Shown: positions 10,572 through 20,703 of the stretch, one piece after another
How the letters are laid out: every line of letters starts with the position of its first letter
Numbering within the stretch: position 1 is the first letter of the stretch
Source: Chitinophagales bacterium
GTDB taxonomy: Bacteria; Bacteroidota; Bacteroidia; Chitinophagales; CAVYQA01
Length of the DNA: 64,000 nucleotides
Direction: 5' to 3'
NCBI GenBank assembly: GCA_963770495.1
Contig: CAVYQA010000030.1
Span: forward strand, 201,701 to 265,700
Notes under the pieces: model-generated
Told to the model about the DNA's origin: nothing
Databases searched by the model: none
The model's input: the letters and a program-made list of their open reading frames with translations, nothing else
Position numbers and translations under genes: made by a program

Positions 10572-11837
10572 ATGAATTTGTCTGTTTCAAAACATCCCCG
10601 TGTGGTTATTATTGGTGGCGGCTTCGGCGGGCTCGTAGTCGCAAAAAAACTGCGGAATAAAAATGTGGATGTGGTGCTTATTGACCATCACAATTTTCAT
10701 ACGTTTCAACCACTGCTATACCAGGTTGCTACATGTGCACTTGAGCCTGATTCGGTTGTATATCCTTTAAGAAGAGTGTTGCGTGCTCCCAATCAAACAT
10801 TCCGCATGGCCGAAGTAAAAAATATTTTGCCCGGTAAAAAATCTTTGGAAACAAACATTGGAATATTGGAGTATGATTTTTTAGTTATTGCTACAGGAAG
10901 CACCACAAATTATTTTGGAGTAGAAAATTTCCGCAACTTTTGTATGCCTATGAAATCGGTGTCGCAGGCGCTTGAAATACGTAATATGCTCTTGCAAAAT
11001 TATGAAGCGGCGCTAGAAACTGACGATGAAAAACAACGTGAAGCATTATTAAACTTTGTGGTTGTGGGTGGCGGGCCAACCGGTGTTGAGCTTATTGGCG
11101 CAATGGCAGAAATGCGCAAGCATGTGTTGCCAAAAGATTATCCCGAATTGGATATAAATAAAATGCGCGTTATAATTTTTGAAGCCGGTTCCCGCCTGCT
11201 TAGCATGGTAGCAGAAGAAAGCTCGGAGCAAACAAAGAGTATGCTCGAAAGAATGGGCGTGCAGGTATTTCTAAACTCGCAAGTTGAAAATTATGATGAC
11301 GCTGTTCTTACTTATAATAAAGGTAAAACCATTAACGCCAAAACGGTGATATGGGCTGCCGGTGTTGAAGGTATTGTTCCCAAAGGTATTCCGCAGGAAG
11401 ATATTGTTGGTGGTAACAGGATAACCGTTGATGAATTTTGTTGTGTCAAAAACACGGAAAACATTTTTGCCATTGGCGATGTGGCATCATTTATTAATGA
11501 AAAATATCCGAAAGGTTTGCCCGGTGTTGCACCGGTTGCCATTCAGCAGGGTAGGTTGGTTGGTGAAAATATTTTACGGATAATTAATAAGCAAGCCCTT
11601 AAGCCATTTACTTATTTTGACAAAGGTACATTGGCTACGATAGGTAAAAATAAAGCCGTTGTAAATTTAGGCAAGGTGCATATGCATGGCTGGTTTGCCT
11701 GGTGGGTATGGCTTTTAGTGCACATTTACTATCTGATAGGTTTCCGAAATAAGTTTATCGCTATATTTGATTGGTTCTGGAACTATATTACTTACGACCG
11801 TGCGTTACGCACCATTATTAAGCCTTTTAAAAGATAA
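10572..11837 (+). CDS. ndh: Type II NADH:quinone oxidoreductase (NDH-2)
   Basis: N-terminal dinucleotide fold RVVIIGGGFGG and a second one, VVVGGGPTGVE. The C-terminal amphipathic/membrane segment is typical of NDH-2. I place the start at the ATG at 10572 (MNLSVSKHP..) rather than the alternative start at 10521 in the ORF track. Confidence 0.85.
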   Translation: MNLSVSKHPRVVIIGGGFGGLVVAKKLRNKNVDVVLIDHHNFHTFQPLLYQVATCALEPDSVVYPLRRVLRAPNQTFRMAEVKNILPGKKSLETNIGILEYDFLVIATGSTTNYFGVENFRNFCMPMKSVSQALEIRNMLLQNYEAALETDDEKQREALLNFVVVGGGPTGVELIGAMAEMRKHVLPKDYPELDINKMRVIIFEAGSRLLSMVAEESSEQTKSMLERMGVQVFLNSQVENYDDAVLTYNKGKTINAKTVIWAAGVEGIVPKGIPQEDIVGGNRITVDEFCCVKNTENIFAIGDVASFINEKYPKGLPGVAPVAIQQGRLVGENILRIINKQALKPFTYFDKGTLATIGKNKAVVNLGKVHMHGWFAWWVWLLVHIYYLIGFRNKFIAIFDWFWNYITYDRALRTIIKPFKR

Positions 11838-11891
11838 ATCGCAAAAAAGATTTGGCGCTTCATTAACTTTGTGCAACTTGCAAACCCCGTT

Positions 11892-12500
11892 ATGATATTA
11901 ATAGACCGCGCCATTATTTCCGACAGTTTAGTTGAGGAAGAATTTGTTTGCCACTTAGACAAATGCAAAGGCGCCTGTTGTGTAGAAGGCATTTCGGGTG
12001 CTCCACTTGAAGACAATGAATTGAAAATAGTTGATAATGTGTATGAAAAAGTAAAACCTTACGTGACGGAATCGGGTATTCGTGAAATTGAAAAAGTTGG
12101 CAAACACATTATTGATTCGGATGGCGACCATGTTACCCCGCTTATTGACGGCAAAAAAGAATGTGCTTACACCATCTTTGAAAACGGAATTGCCAAATGC
12201 TCTTTTGAAAAAGCATATAACGATGGCGTAATTAATTTTAAAAAACCCATTTCCTGCCATCTCTATCCTGTGCGTATTACCAAACATCGCGATTACGATG
12301 CGGTGAATTATGAAAAGTGGAATTTGTGCAAACCCGCCTGCTCATTGGGTAAATCATTAGGTGTTCCAATATATAAATTTGTAAAAGATGCCCTCATCCG
12401 TAAATACGGACAAGATTGGTATGACCAATTAGAGGGTGCCGTAAAGTTTAGCACTGAAAAACAAACCCGAATGTTGAGCAATAATAATTACTGCCGCTAA
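11892..12500 (+). CDS. DUF3109-family Cys-rich protein
   Basis: The N-terminal ..FVCHLDKCKGACCVEGISGAPLE.. matches my recollection of the DUF3109 signature. The ATG at 11892 (MILIDRAIIS) is the likely start. Confidence 0.55.
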   Translation: MILIDRAIISDSLVEEEFVCHLDKCKGACCVEGISGAPLEDNELKIVDNVYEKVKPYVTESGIREIEKVGKHIIDSDGDHVTPLIDGKKECAYTIFENGIAKCSFEKAYNDGVINFKKPISCHLYPVRITKHRDYDAVNYEKWNLCKPACSLGKSLGVPIYKFVKDALIRKYGQDWYDQLEGAVKFSTEKQTRMLSNNNYCR

Positions 12501-12544
12501 TATTCCACACCAAATAAAAATTTACCTCTATTTTCGCGGGGCGG

Positions 12545-13549
12545 ATGTCAAATTCTTTAGATACCATACAAGCAACCATTTCACAGGAACTCGACCTGTT
12601 TGAAGTGAAATTCCGCGAAGCGGTGAAGAGCAAAACTCCTTTGCTCGACACTATCATGCGCTACATTGTTAAACGTAAGGGCAAACAAATACGCCCCATG
12701 TTTGTGTTTCTTTCCGCTAAAATTGCTGGTAGTGTAACGGATAAAACCTACCGCGCCGCATCACTTATTGAACTATTGCACACTGCCACGCTTGTTCACG
12801 ATGATGTGGTGGATGATTCTTATGAGCGCCGCGGTTTTTTCTCTATCAATGCCTTATGGAAAAATAAAATCGCCGTGCTGGTGGGCGATTATCTTTTGGC
12901 TAAAGGACTATTGCTTGCCGTCAACAATGACGATTTCGATTTATTAAAAATTGTATCTGATGCCGTGCGTGAGATGAGTGAAGGCGAATTGTTGCAAATT
13001 GAAAAAACCCGGCGGCTGGATATTAAGGAAGACATATATTATGAAATTATCCGCCAGAAAACAGCCACGCTTATTTCATCTGCCTGTGCCTGTGGAGCGG
13101 CATCAACGGGCACTTCGACTGATGTGGTGAAACAATTTAATTTGTTCGGCGAAAAAATAGGGATTGCTTTCCAGATAAAAGACGACCTGCTCGATTTTGG
13201 CAACGGCGACATTGGCAAACCGCGTGGCATAGATATTAAAGAAAAGAAAATGACACTGCCCTTAATCTTTGCTCTTAATAAAGCATCGTCCGCCGAAAAA
13301 AGGCAAATGATATACATTATTAAGAACCACAACAAAGATGTGAGCGAAGTGGCGAAGGTGCTAAAATTTGTGAACCAAAGCGGCGGCATTGAATATGCCG
13401 TTAGTAAAATGAATGAATACCGCAGCGATGCTCTTAAAATACTCCACTCCCTTCCCGCTAACAGCGCTGCCCAAACCATGGAGCAGACTGGTGATGTTTA
13501 CTACGGAAAGAAAAAAATAATTTTTCAATTTACAATTGAAAGTTCCTGA
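12545..13549 (+). CDS. Polyprenyl (octa/nona-prenyl) diphosphate synthase
   Basis: First and second Asp-rich motifs, LVHDDVVDDS and FQIKDDLLD. The C-terminal ~25 aa look atypical, so the true stop may lie earlier or later. Confidence 0.85.
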   Translation: MSNSLDTIQATISQELDLFEVKFREAVKSKTPLLDTIMRYIVKRKGKQIRPMFVFLSAKIAGSVTDKTYRAASLIELLHTATLVHDDVVDDSYERRGFFSINALWKNKIAVLVGDYLLAKGLLLAVNNDDFDLLKIVSDAVREMSEGELLQIEKTRRLDIKEDIYYEIIRQKTATLISSACACGAASTGTSTDVVKQFNLFGEKIGIAFQIKDDLLDFGNGDIGKPRGIDIKEKKMTLPLIFALNKASSAEKRQMIYIIKNHNKDVSEVAKVLKFVNQSGGIEYAVSKMNEYRSDALKILHSLPANSAAQTMEQTGDVYYGKKKIIFQFTIESS

Positions 13550-13667
13550 CAAATAAAAATTTATTTTTTTAGTAATCAATCATTTATACCACCTCTGTCA
13601 GGAACTTTTATAATCCTTTTTCAGGATTAAAATACAATTCAAAATCTTACTGATTTTTGGCAATATC

Positions 13668-13880
13668 ATTTCAAAGAACTTTATTCAAAACAAAATTACA
13701 CCTGATACTAAAGCGGTGAGAAAAGTTGGGACAGAAAGTTTCTTACTTGGTTAGATAATATATATAATTTATATAACTACCTGCTTTCAGGTAGAGAAAG
13801 CCATACTTGTTTTGGTGTAATAAAAAACACTACCTGTTTTCTTGTATTTTTCAAAATACCTATTTATGGTCTTGCGAAGG
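13668..13880 (+). repeat. Copy A of a two-copy intergenic repeat (core 13766-13880), with hairpin CTACCTG-cttt-CAGGTAG
   Basis: Aligned by eye to 27405-27693. Shared blocks are atttcaaagaac, gaaaagttgggaca, and a ~115-nt core with about nine differences. Confidence 0.7.
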
Positions 13881-14165
13881 GGGTTCTTCAAATTGTAATT
13901 TCGTTTTATGTATAATGATTATTATTTCCACGCGAAAGAAACGGGCTACTCCACACTTGCTAAAGTTTTAATGACCTGGCAGGTGATGGAGTTATTGAAG
14001 CGATGAGCGTTTGCAGGAGGGGAACCAGTAAGCGCAAAAACCTGAAAGGTTATTTCTAACCTGTTACTTCCAAAATAATATATAACATTTTCAAATCTCA
14101 ATTGCAGTTTTAACAAAAAACTGCGAAAGGGAGAATTACATTCTTAAACAAAAAAACTTAAACTT

Positions 14166-17100
14166 ATGAAAACGAAAATCATACTATTAACAGTAATACT
14201 ATGCAGCTTTATGCTGCCATTAGTAAGTTATGGGCAAACATTTGATGGTACAGGTGCCGGTGTAGGTAATGTAGGCTTAGGATGTTCTGGATTTGGAACT
14301 TATGTATTGGGTGGCGAAGCCGGTACATATATTAACGCCGGGGATTTTAATGTAGGTGTTGGTGAATATTCATTGTATACTAATGAATATGGTTACGATA
14401 ACACCGCAGTGGGTGAAGTAGCATTGTTTACTAACCAATACGGTACTGATAATACTGCAATAGGTTATGCGGCGTTAAATAATGCAGAAGCATATTATAA
14501 TACCGCAATCGGTAGCATGTCTTTATATTCCAATACCGGAGGCACTAACAATACTGCAGTAGGTTATGCATCTTTGTATAATAATCTTTATGGAACAGGT
14601 AATACGGCGGTAGGCGTAGTAGCTTTGAATCTTAATACAGATGGCATTGTAAATGTTGCTGTTGGTTTCGGTGCATTACAAATTAATGGGTCTGGTTCGT
14701 GGAATGATGCAGTTGGGGCTGAAGCTTTAAGCACTAACTCTTCCGGTAGTTACAATGATGCTTTTGGATATGGTGCATTAGATGCTAATACCGTAAGTTA
14801 CAACGATGCTTTTGGTTACGAATCTTTATATAAAAATTCCGATGGTACTGAGAACGTAGGAATGGGTTATCAGGCATTATGGTCTAATGTAAGTGGCAGC
14901 AAAAATGTTGCAGTTGGTTCAACAGCTTTATATAACGGCACAGGAAGTGATAACACAGGAGTAGGAAATGCGGCAGATTGGGCTGATGTGAGCGGCAAGG
15001 AAAACACTATGGTGGGCAGTTATGCCGGCGGCTCCAATACTAGTGATTATAATACCTTTGTTGGTTTTTCTGCAGGATATCAAACCGGATATACTCAATC
15101 CGGGCAAAGTAACTCATTTTTTGGAACCAACGCGGGTTTTGGTAATACCAGGGGCAGTAATAATTGTGAATTTGGGGCTGGAGTTGGGGGCTCTAATGCA
15201 ACAGGCAGTGACAATGTTTTAGTAGGTTACCAGGCAGGTTATAACACCAACTCTGATGGTAATACTTTTGTTGGATGGTACGCGGGATATGATAACCTAC
15301 CCCTTCATGGTGGAGGCACTTACAATACAACTCTTGGCTATGGCAGCGATATAGAATATCGAGGTTTAACAAATGCCACTGCCATCGGCTCTTGGGCTTA
15401 TGTTGCTAATAGCAATACTATTGTTCTTGGTAGCGATGGACTTATTTCCGGGAGTAGTGCTGTTACACAATTAGATTTTAATGGCGCTTTAGCGCCCAAT
15501 TATGGTGGCGGATATAATCCGGGTGCTGCTGGCCAATATTTGCAATCACAGGGCGCAGGTGCAGCCCCGCAATGGGTTAATGCATCAGCTATTTCCGGCG
15601 CGTGGTATACTAATGGTAATGCCAGCACAGTTTATGGCACTAACTTTATTGGTACTACCGATGACAATTGTTTAATGTTTGAAGTTAATAGTACCCTTGC
15701 CGGGCGTATAGAAGATGGCTCCTGTTCATTAAGCACTTCAATTGGTTACGAGGCAATGGGCAGCACTTCATCGGGTTACAACAATGCTTTTGGCGCTTAT
15801 GCCTTACATGGTAATACGCACAGTTCATCATATAACGATGCCTTTGGCTACCTGGCTATGGATATTAATACATTTGCTACTGATAATGAGGCCATGGGTT
15901 ACGAAGCTTTAAATAATAACCAACACGGTAGTTATAACGTGGCCATAGGCGCTACTGCTTTAGCTAATAATTCGGGAGGTGGCAATAATAATGAAGCTAT
16001 TGGCTTTGCTGCCTTAACAAGTAACGATGCCGGAAGTAACAATGTAGCATTAGGCTACCAGGCATTAACTGCCAGCACTGCTTCCAACAACGATGCAGTT
16101 GGCTACCAGGCATTAACTGCTAACACTACCGGAACACCTAATGATGCTTTTGGTTATGATGCTTTATATAATAATCAAACCGGGGACGACAATGTAGCAA
16201 TGGGTTACCAGGCAGGTTATAGTACTGATGCCGGCGATAATACCTTTATTGGGTACAATGCGGGAATGACAAATGGAGGAGGGGGTAATGAAAACACCTG
16301 CCTTGGAAGTGGCGCAGATGTCAGTAGCACTGGCTTTACAGAAGCTACAGCCATTGGCTATGATGCACGGGTTACTTCAAGCTATACCATTCTTCTTGGC
16401 GATAATAATGTTACCCAGTTAGAGTTTAATGGTGCATTAGAGCCGTGGGATGGTAGTGGCTATGACCCGGGCACGGCAGGATATTTTTTGGAATCATTGG
16501 GTCCAAGCACACCCCCGCAATGGGTTGCTCCACCCAGTGGTCTTTCAGGTGCATGGTATCTTACAGGCAATACCGGAACCACTTATGGAACTAACTTTCT
16601 GGGTACCACTGATGACAATAATTTAATGTTCCAGGTTGATGGTACTGTATCAGGACGAATTGAAGATGCTACTTTTTCAAATTCAAGCAACACTTCGCTT
16701 GGTTACGGAGCGTTAACCGATGTTGGAGCAGGTGGAAACACGGCCATTGGTTATGAAGCCGGAGCTTCGCAAAGCAGAGGTGCACAGTATAATGATGCTT
16801 TTGGTTACGAAGCATTAATGTCAAATAACCACGGAACCTATAATGATGCCTTTGGTTACCAGGCATTAAATACCAATGAGAATTTTGGGAGTTATAATGA
16901 AGCCATCGGTTACCAGGCTTTGTATGACAATAGCGGAGGAGGTAAATATAATATTGCCATTGGTGCATCTACATTATCTGCTAGCAATTATTCAGCCAGT
17001 TATAATATTGCCATTGAAGATCAGGCTCTAAATAATAATATCTATGCCTTTCAAAACACAGCCATAGGCTACCAAGCGCTTTATTCTATGGACGATCCAA

Positions 17101-18239
17101 GTAATATTGGCTTAGCCTACATTAGCGATAACGTAGCTATCGGCTATCAGGCGCTTTATACAACTGACCCAACAACTGCTTCTGGTGGCGTAGCAACAAA
17201 TGGCAACTTAAATACAGCAATTGGAGATTATGCTGGTTATAACAACACTTATGGTTATGAAAATACATTTTTAGGCGCTCAAACAGGTGGTACCCTCCAA
17301 ACTTCAGCTTTTGATGATACTTATGTTGGATATAATGCGGTTATGCCAGGTACACCTTATACACTTGCTTATGGTGCAATGGTTCTTGGTGATATGAATC
17401 TTCAAGAGGTTTATTCGTATGCGCCGTATATGCAGTTTTCAGATGGTCGCTTTAAGAAGAATATACGCCAGGATGTATCGGGGCTTGCATTTATAAATCA
17501 ATTAACTCCTATTAGTTATACACTTGATATAAATGGATTGTATAATATGATAGAGCCGGATTATAAACGTTCTGCGCAAGATGAACAAGCATCAGAAGCT
17601 AAAGAACAAATCCGTCAAAATGGTTTTATTGCACAGGATGTAGAAAAAGCGGCTCAAAAAGTAGGGTATGATTTCAGCGGTGTTGAAGTTCCAAGTGATC
17701 CATCCAAAGAGCTTTATGGGCTTTCTTACTCAACATTTGTTGTGCCATTGGTAAAAGCTGTTCAGGAATTATCAGCAAAAAGTGATGCTAAAGATTCAAC
17801 TATTGCCCAACAGCAACAACAACTTAATGCACAGGCGCAGCAAATTTCGAACCAGCAATCGCAACTTGACCAGTTAAGTGCAATGGTGTCAAAATTAGAT
17901 ATTGCATTGTCACAATGTTGTACTAATTACCAGTCAACAACAACCGGCTCATCGCAAACAAGTTCAGGAAATAACGATGCGCCATTGTTAAATCAAAATA
18001 TTCCCAATCCATTCTCACAAAATACAATTATAAGTTGTTATGTGCCTTCTTCAGCGAAAGGAGCAACAATAAGTATTTTCGATTTGAACGGGCAAATATT
18101 AAAATCATTCACTATGCCGACAACCGGGTTTAATCAAATAACCATTACGGGCGGCACCTTAGCAGCAGGTGATTACTTATACACCCTGTTTGTTGACGGA
18201 CAAAAAATTGACACTAAGAAGATGACATTAACACATTAA
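14166..18239 (+). CDS. Giant T9SS-secreted repeat protein: head-like repeats, S74-type tail-fibre chaperone module, coiled coil and T9SS C-terminal sorting domain
   Basis: Signal peptide MKTKIILLTVILCSFMLPLVSYGQ. Dozens of N-x-A-x-G-Y-x-AL repeats. Two '..PQWV..GAWY(L)TGN..GTNF(I/L)GTTDDN.LMF.V...GRIED' modules. FSDGRFKKNI..GFIAQDVEKA..LSYSTFVVPLVKAVQEL resembles the intramolecular-chaperone/peptidase S74 signature. This is followed by a Q-rich coiled coil and a C-terminal NIPNPFSQNT...LYTLFVDGQKIDTKKMTL T9SS type-A-like domain. Confidence 0.85.
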   Translation: MKTKIILLTVILCSFMLPLVSYGQTFDGTGAGVGNVGLGCSGFGTYVLGGEAGTYINAGDFNVGVGEYSLYTNEYGYDNTAVGEVALFTNQYGTDNTAIGYAALNNAEAYYNTAIGSMSLYSNTGGTNNTAVGYASLYNNLYGTGNTAVGVVALNLNTDGIVNVAVGFGALQINGSGSWNDAVGAEALSTNSSGSYNDAFGYGALDANTVSYNDAFGYESLYKNSDGTENVGMGYQALWSNVSGSKNVAVGSTALYNGTGSDNTGVGNAADWADVSGKENTMVGSYAGGSNTSDYNTFVGFSAGYQTGYTQSGQSNSFFGTNAGFGNTRGSNNCEFGAGVGGSNATGSDNVLVGYQAGYNTNSDGNTFVGWYAGYDNLPLHGGGTYNTTLGYGSDIEYRGLTNATAIGSWAYVANSNTIVLGSDGLISGSSAVTQLDFNGALAPNYGGGYNPGAAGQYLQSQGAGAAPQWVNASAISGAWYTNGNASTVYGTNFIGTTDDNCLMFEVNSTLAGRIEDGSCSLSTSIGYEAMGSTSSGYNNAFGAYALHGNTHSSSYNDAFGYLAMDINTFATDNEAMGYEALNNNQHGSYNVAIGATALANNSGGGNNNEAIGFAALTSNDAGSNNVALGYQALTASTASNNDAVGYQALTANTTGTPNDAFGYDALYNNQTGDDNVAMGYQAGYSTDAGDNTFIGYNAGMTNGGGGNENTCLGSGADVSSTGFTEATAIGYDARVTSSYTILLGDNNVTQLEFNGALEPWDGSGYDPGTAGYFLESLGPSTPPQWVAPPSGLSGAWYLTGNTGTTYGTNFLGTTDDNNLMFQVDGTVSGRIEDATFSNSSNTSLGYGALTDVGAGGNTAIGYEAGASQSRGAQYNDAFGYEALMSNNHGTYNDAFGYQALNTNENFGSYNEAIGYQALYDNSGGGKYNIAIGASTLSASNYSASYNIAIEDQALNNNIYAFQNTAIGYQALYSMDDPSNIGLAYISDNVAIGYQALYTTDPTTASGGVATNGNLNTAIGDYAGYNNTYGYENTFLGAQTGGTLQTSAFDDTYVGYNAVMPGTPYTLAYGAMVLGDMNLQEVYSYAPYMQFSDGRFKKNIRQDVSGLAFINQLTPISYTLDINGLYNMIEPDYKRSAQDEQASEAKEQIRQNGFIAQDVEKAAQKVGYDFSGVEVPSDPSKELYGLSYSTFVVPLVKAVQELSAKSDAKDSTIAQQQQQLNAQAQQISNQQSQLDQLSAMVSKLDIALSQCCTNYQSTTTGSSQTSSGNNDAPLLNQNIPNPFSQNTIISCYVPSSAKGATISIFDLNGQILKSFTMPTTGFNQITITGGTLAAGDYLYTLFVDGQKIDTKKMTLTH

Positions 18240-18350
18240 CACTAATCTCACTCGCTCACGCACCCCTCATTTTTTGGAGTGGGGTGCGGGGATGAGGCAA
18301 ACAGAGGTAAAATTTGTACCTTTATATTGCTACTTTATATATTTAACATT

Positions 18351-20696
18351 ATGAAAAGCCCTTTCCTGTTTACTATATTCCTTTTTGTTATTGTGGAATC
18401 ATTATGCCATGCCCAAAATCCTTTATTATGGGGAATGACAAGTGCAGGTGGAGTTAGTCATATAGGTACAATTTTCAATTATGATGTCAACGCAGCCACT
18501 GAAACTGATAATCATGATTTTGCCGGCGGACCTAATGACGGATGGGGACCTGGTGGCGATTTGCTTAAGGCAAATAACGGTTTGCTTTATGGGTTAACTC
18601 AATCTGGTGGAGACAATTCTAATCAAGGCACAATTTTCAGTTATAATATCAGTACAGGTACAGAAACCGTTTTACACAATTTTGGCAGTGATACTGATGG
18701 TGCAGATCCTCGTGGCTCCCTTATCCAGGCAAATGATGATTTGCTATATGGGATGACCAATAGTGGCGGAAGTTATGGACACGGCATACTTTTTAGTTAC
18801 AATATTTTAACAGGAGTAGAAACCGATTTACATGATTTTGGTAATGGCACTGATGGAACAAACCCAGAAGGTTCTCCCATCCAGGCGAGTAATGGTTTAA
18901 TATATGGTGTGGTTGGAACGGGTGGGGCGAATGGCGGTGGAATACTATATAGTTATAATATCTCAACAGGTATTTATACTAAACTATATGATTTTGGCAA
19001 TGGAATGAATGTATATGATCCACAAGGTTCGCTGGTACAGTTAAGTGATGGGCTACTTTATGGAATAAGTGTAGGAGGCGGGACTAATGGTGGTTACGGT
19101 ACTATATTTAGTTATAATATAATAACGGGTAAGGATACCGTTTTGCATAGTTTTGGCAGTGGTACAGACGGAACTTTTCCTCTACACGATAAGCTCTTAC
19201 AAGCGAGTGATAGCTTATTGTATGGAATGACTCAAAGTGGTGGGGTTTACAGTAGAGGTATAATTTTTAATTATAATATTACTTCAGGTATAGAAACCGA
19301 TGTACACGATTTTGGTAGCGATACTGACGGGAAGCAGCCTTTTGCCTCACTCATCCAGGCAAGTAATGGTTTACTGTATGGAATGACAAGTTTAGGTGGT
19401 GCAAATAGTAATGGTATAATTTTCAATTACAACATTACAACAGGCATAGAAACCGATATACATGATTTTGGCAATGGAACAGATGGAAAAACCCCTGATG
19501 GCAGTCTTACTGAGGTAGATACCATAGGCGTAACACCAATAATAGCTTCTATTTGCACTGGCGGCAGCGTTACCCTTAAAGCCAGCGGCGCAACAACTTA
19601 CACATGGAGCCCGGCAACAGGGTTAAGCGCTACAACAGGAGATAGTGTAATTGCAACTCCAACAGTAACCATCACTTATACTGTAATTGGCATAATAGGC
19701 ACAGCGGGCACATCTTATGCCCAAACAGATTCAACTACGGTAACCGTTACGGTAAATATGCCGCCAACAATTACGGTAAATACCCCATCACCTATTTGCA
19801 ATGGCGGCAACGCAACACTTATAGCCAACGGCGGCAGCACCTACACCTGGTCGCCCTCAACAGCACTTAATGCCACAACGGGAGATAGTGTTATTGCCAG
19901 TCCAACGGCAACAACCATTTACACGGTTACAGGAGATTCATTAGGTTGCACGGCAACAGCAACAGATACGGTTAAAGTTATTACCGCGCCACCTTTGCCC
20001 ATTGTACCGGCTTCGGCATTTCTTTGCCTCGGGCAAAGTGATACGCTTTTCGCGCAGGGCACAGGAAATAATTTTACCTGGAGCCCTTCTTCAGGTTTAA
20101 GTGCCACAACAGGCAGCAGTGTAATTGCTACCCCAACAGTAACAACAACCTACTCCGTAACAGGACCGGATTCACTAGGCTGCACGGCAACGGGCACGGT
20201 GGTGGTAACCATCTTCCCTTCTCCTAATCAACCCTCTTTCATTCAAAGCGGAGACACACTTATTTCAAGTTCACAACATGATAACCAATGGTATTACAAT
20301 GGCGCCCCGCTAAACAACGATACCAGCCAACGCCTCATCATTACCGTGCCGGGCGAATACTGGGTAGTTGTCAACAACGAGGCAAACGGTTGCAGCACAG
20401 CATCGGATTCTATGAAGGTGGATACAGTGACAGGGATTGAGCAGTTGACAGTGAACAGTGGACAGTTGACAATTTACCCTAACCCCACATCAGGGCAATT
20501 CACTATAAAATTAAATGATAACCAAAATGGTTACACTGTGGAGGTTTATAATGTAATGGGTGAAAAGGTTTATCAATCAGTTTTAAATAATTCGCAAAAC
20601 GATATTGACCTGTCATCACAATCTACGGGGATGTATTTTGTTTATTTGAAATCGGCTGAGGGCGTGGAGGTTGGGAAAGTGCTGGTGACAAAATAA
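18351..20696 (+). CDS. T9SS-secreted protein with GloVer-type tandem repeats and Ig-like repeats
   Basis: About eight repeats of ..GTIFSYN..TG.ET.LH.FG...DG..P.GSL.QA.DGLLYGMT..GG... About four repeats of TWSP..GLSATTGDSVIATPT.TTTYTVTG. The C-terminal TIYPNPTSGQFTI...MYFVYLKS..G..VGKVLV is a sorting domain. The likely start is the ATG at 18351 (MKSPFLFTIFLF). Confidence 0.8.
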   Translation: MKSPFLFTIFLFVIVESLCHAQNPLLWGMTSAGGVSHIGTIFNYDVNAATETDNHDFAGGPNDGWGPGGDLLKANNGLLYGLTQSGGDNSNQGTIFSYNISTGTETVLHNFGSDTDGADPRGSLIQANDDLLYGMTNSGGSYGHGILFSYNILTGVETDLHDFGNGTDGTNPEGSPIQASNGLIYGVVGTGGANGGGILYSYNISTGIYTKLYDFGNGMNVYDPQGSLVQLSDGLLYGISVGGGTNGGYGTIFSYNIITGKDTVLHSFGSGTDGTFPLHDKLLQASDSLLYGMTQSGGVYSRGIIFNYNITSGIETDVHDFGSDTDGKQPFASLIQASNGLLYGMTSLGGANSNGIIFNYNITTGIETDIHDFGNGTDGKTPDGSLTEVDTIGVTPIIASICTGGSVTLKASGATTYTWSPATGLSATTGDSVIATPTVTITYTVIGIIGTAGTSYAQTDSTTVTVTVNMPPTITVNTPSPICNGGNATLIANGGSTYTWSPSTALNATTGDSVIASPTATTIYTVTGDSLGCTATATDTVKVITAPPLPIVPASAFLCLGQSDTLFAQGTGNNFTWSPSSGLSATTGSSVIATPTVTTTYSVTGPDSLGCTATGTVVVTIFPSPNQPSFIQSGDTLISSSQHDNQWYYNGAPLNNDTSQRLIITVPGEYWVVVNNEANGCSTASDSMKVDTVTGIEQLTVNSGQLTIYPNPTSGQFTIKLNDNQNGYTVEVYNVMGEKVYQSVLNNSQNDIDLSSQSTGMYFVYLKSAEGVEVGKVLVTK

Positions 20697-20703
20697 ATAA
20701 GTA

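Noticed and set aside
13039-13479. Long antisense ORFs inside housekeeping genes (also 26383..26769, 42862..43329, 46256..46576, 51242..51646, 51857..52330, 59610..60235)
   Set aside because: Each lies opposite a gene with strong conserved motifs and has a biased, low-information composition. These are shadow ORFs.
1-18239. Inversion or shufflon-type switching, or a DGR, between the two oppositely oriented giant fibre genes
   Set aside because: I found only short shared words between the two genes at the DNA level. There is no long identical inverted segment, no recombinase or reverse-transcriptase gene nearby, and no template-repeat/variable-repeat pair.
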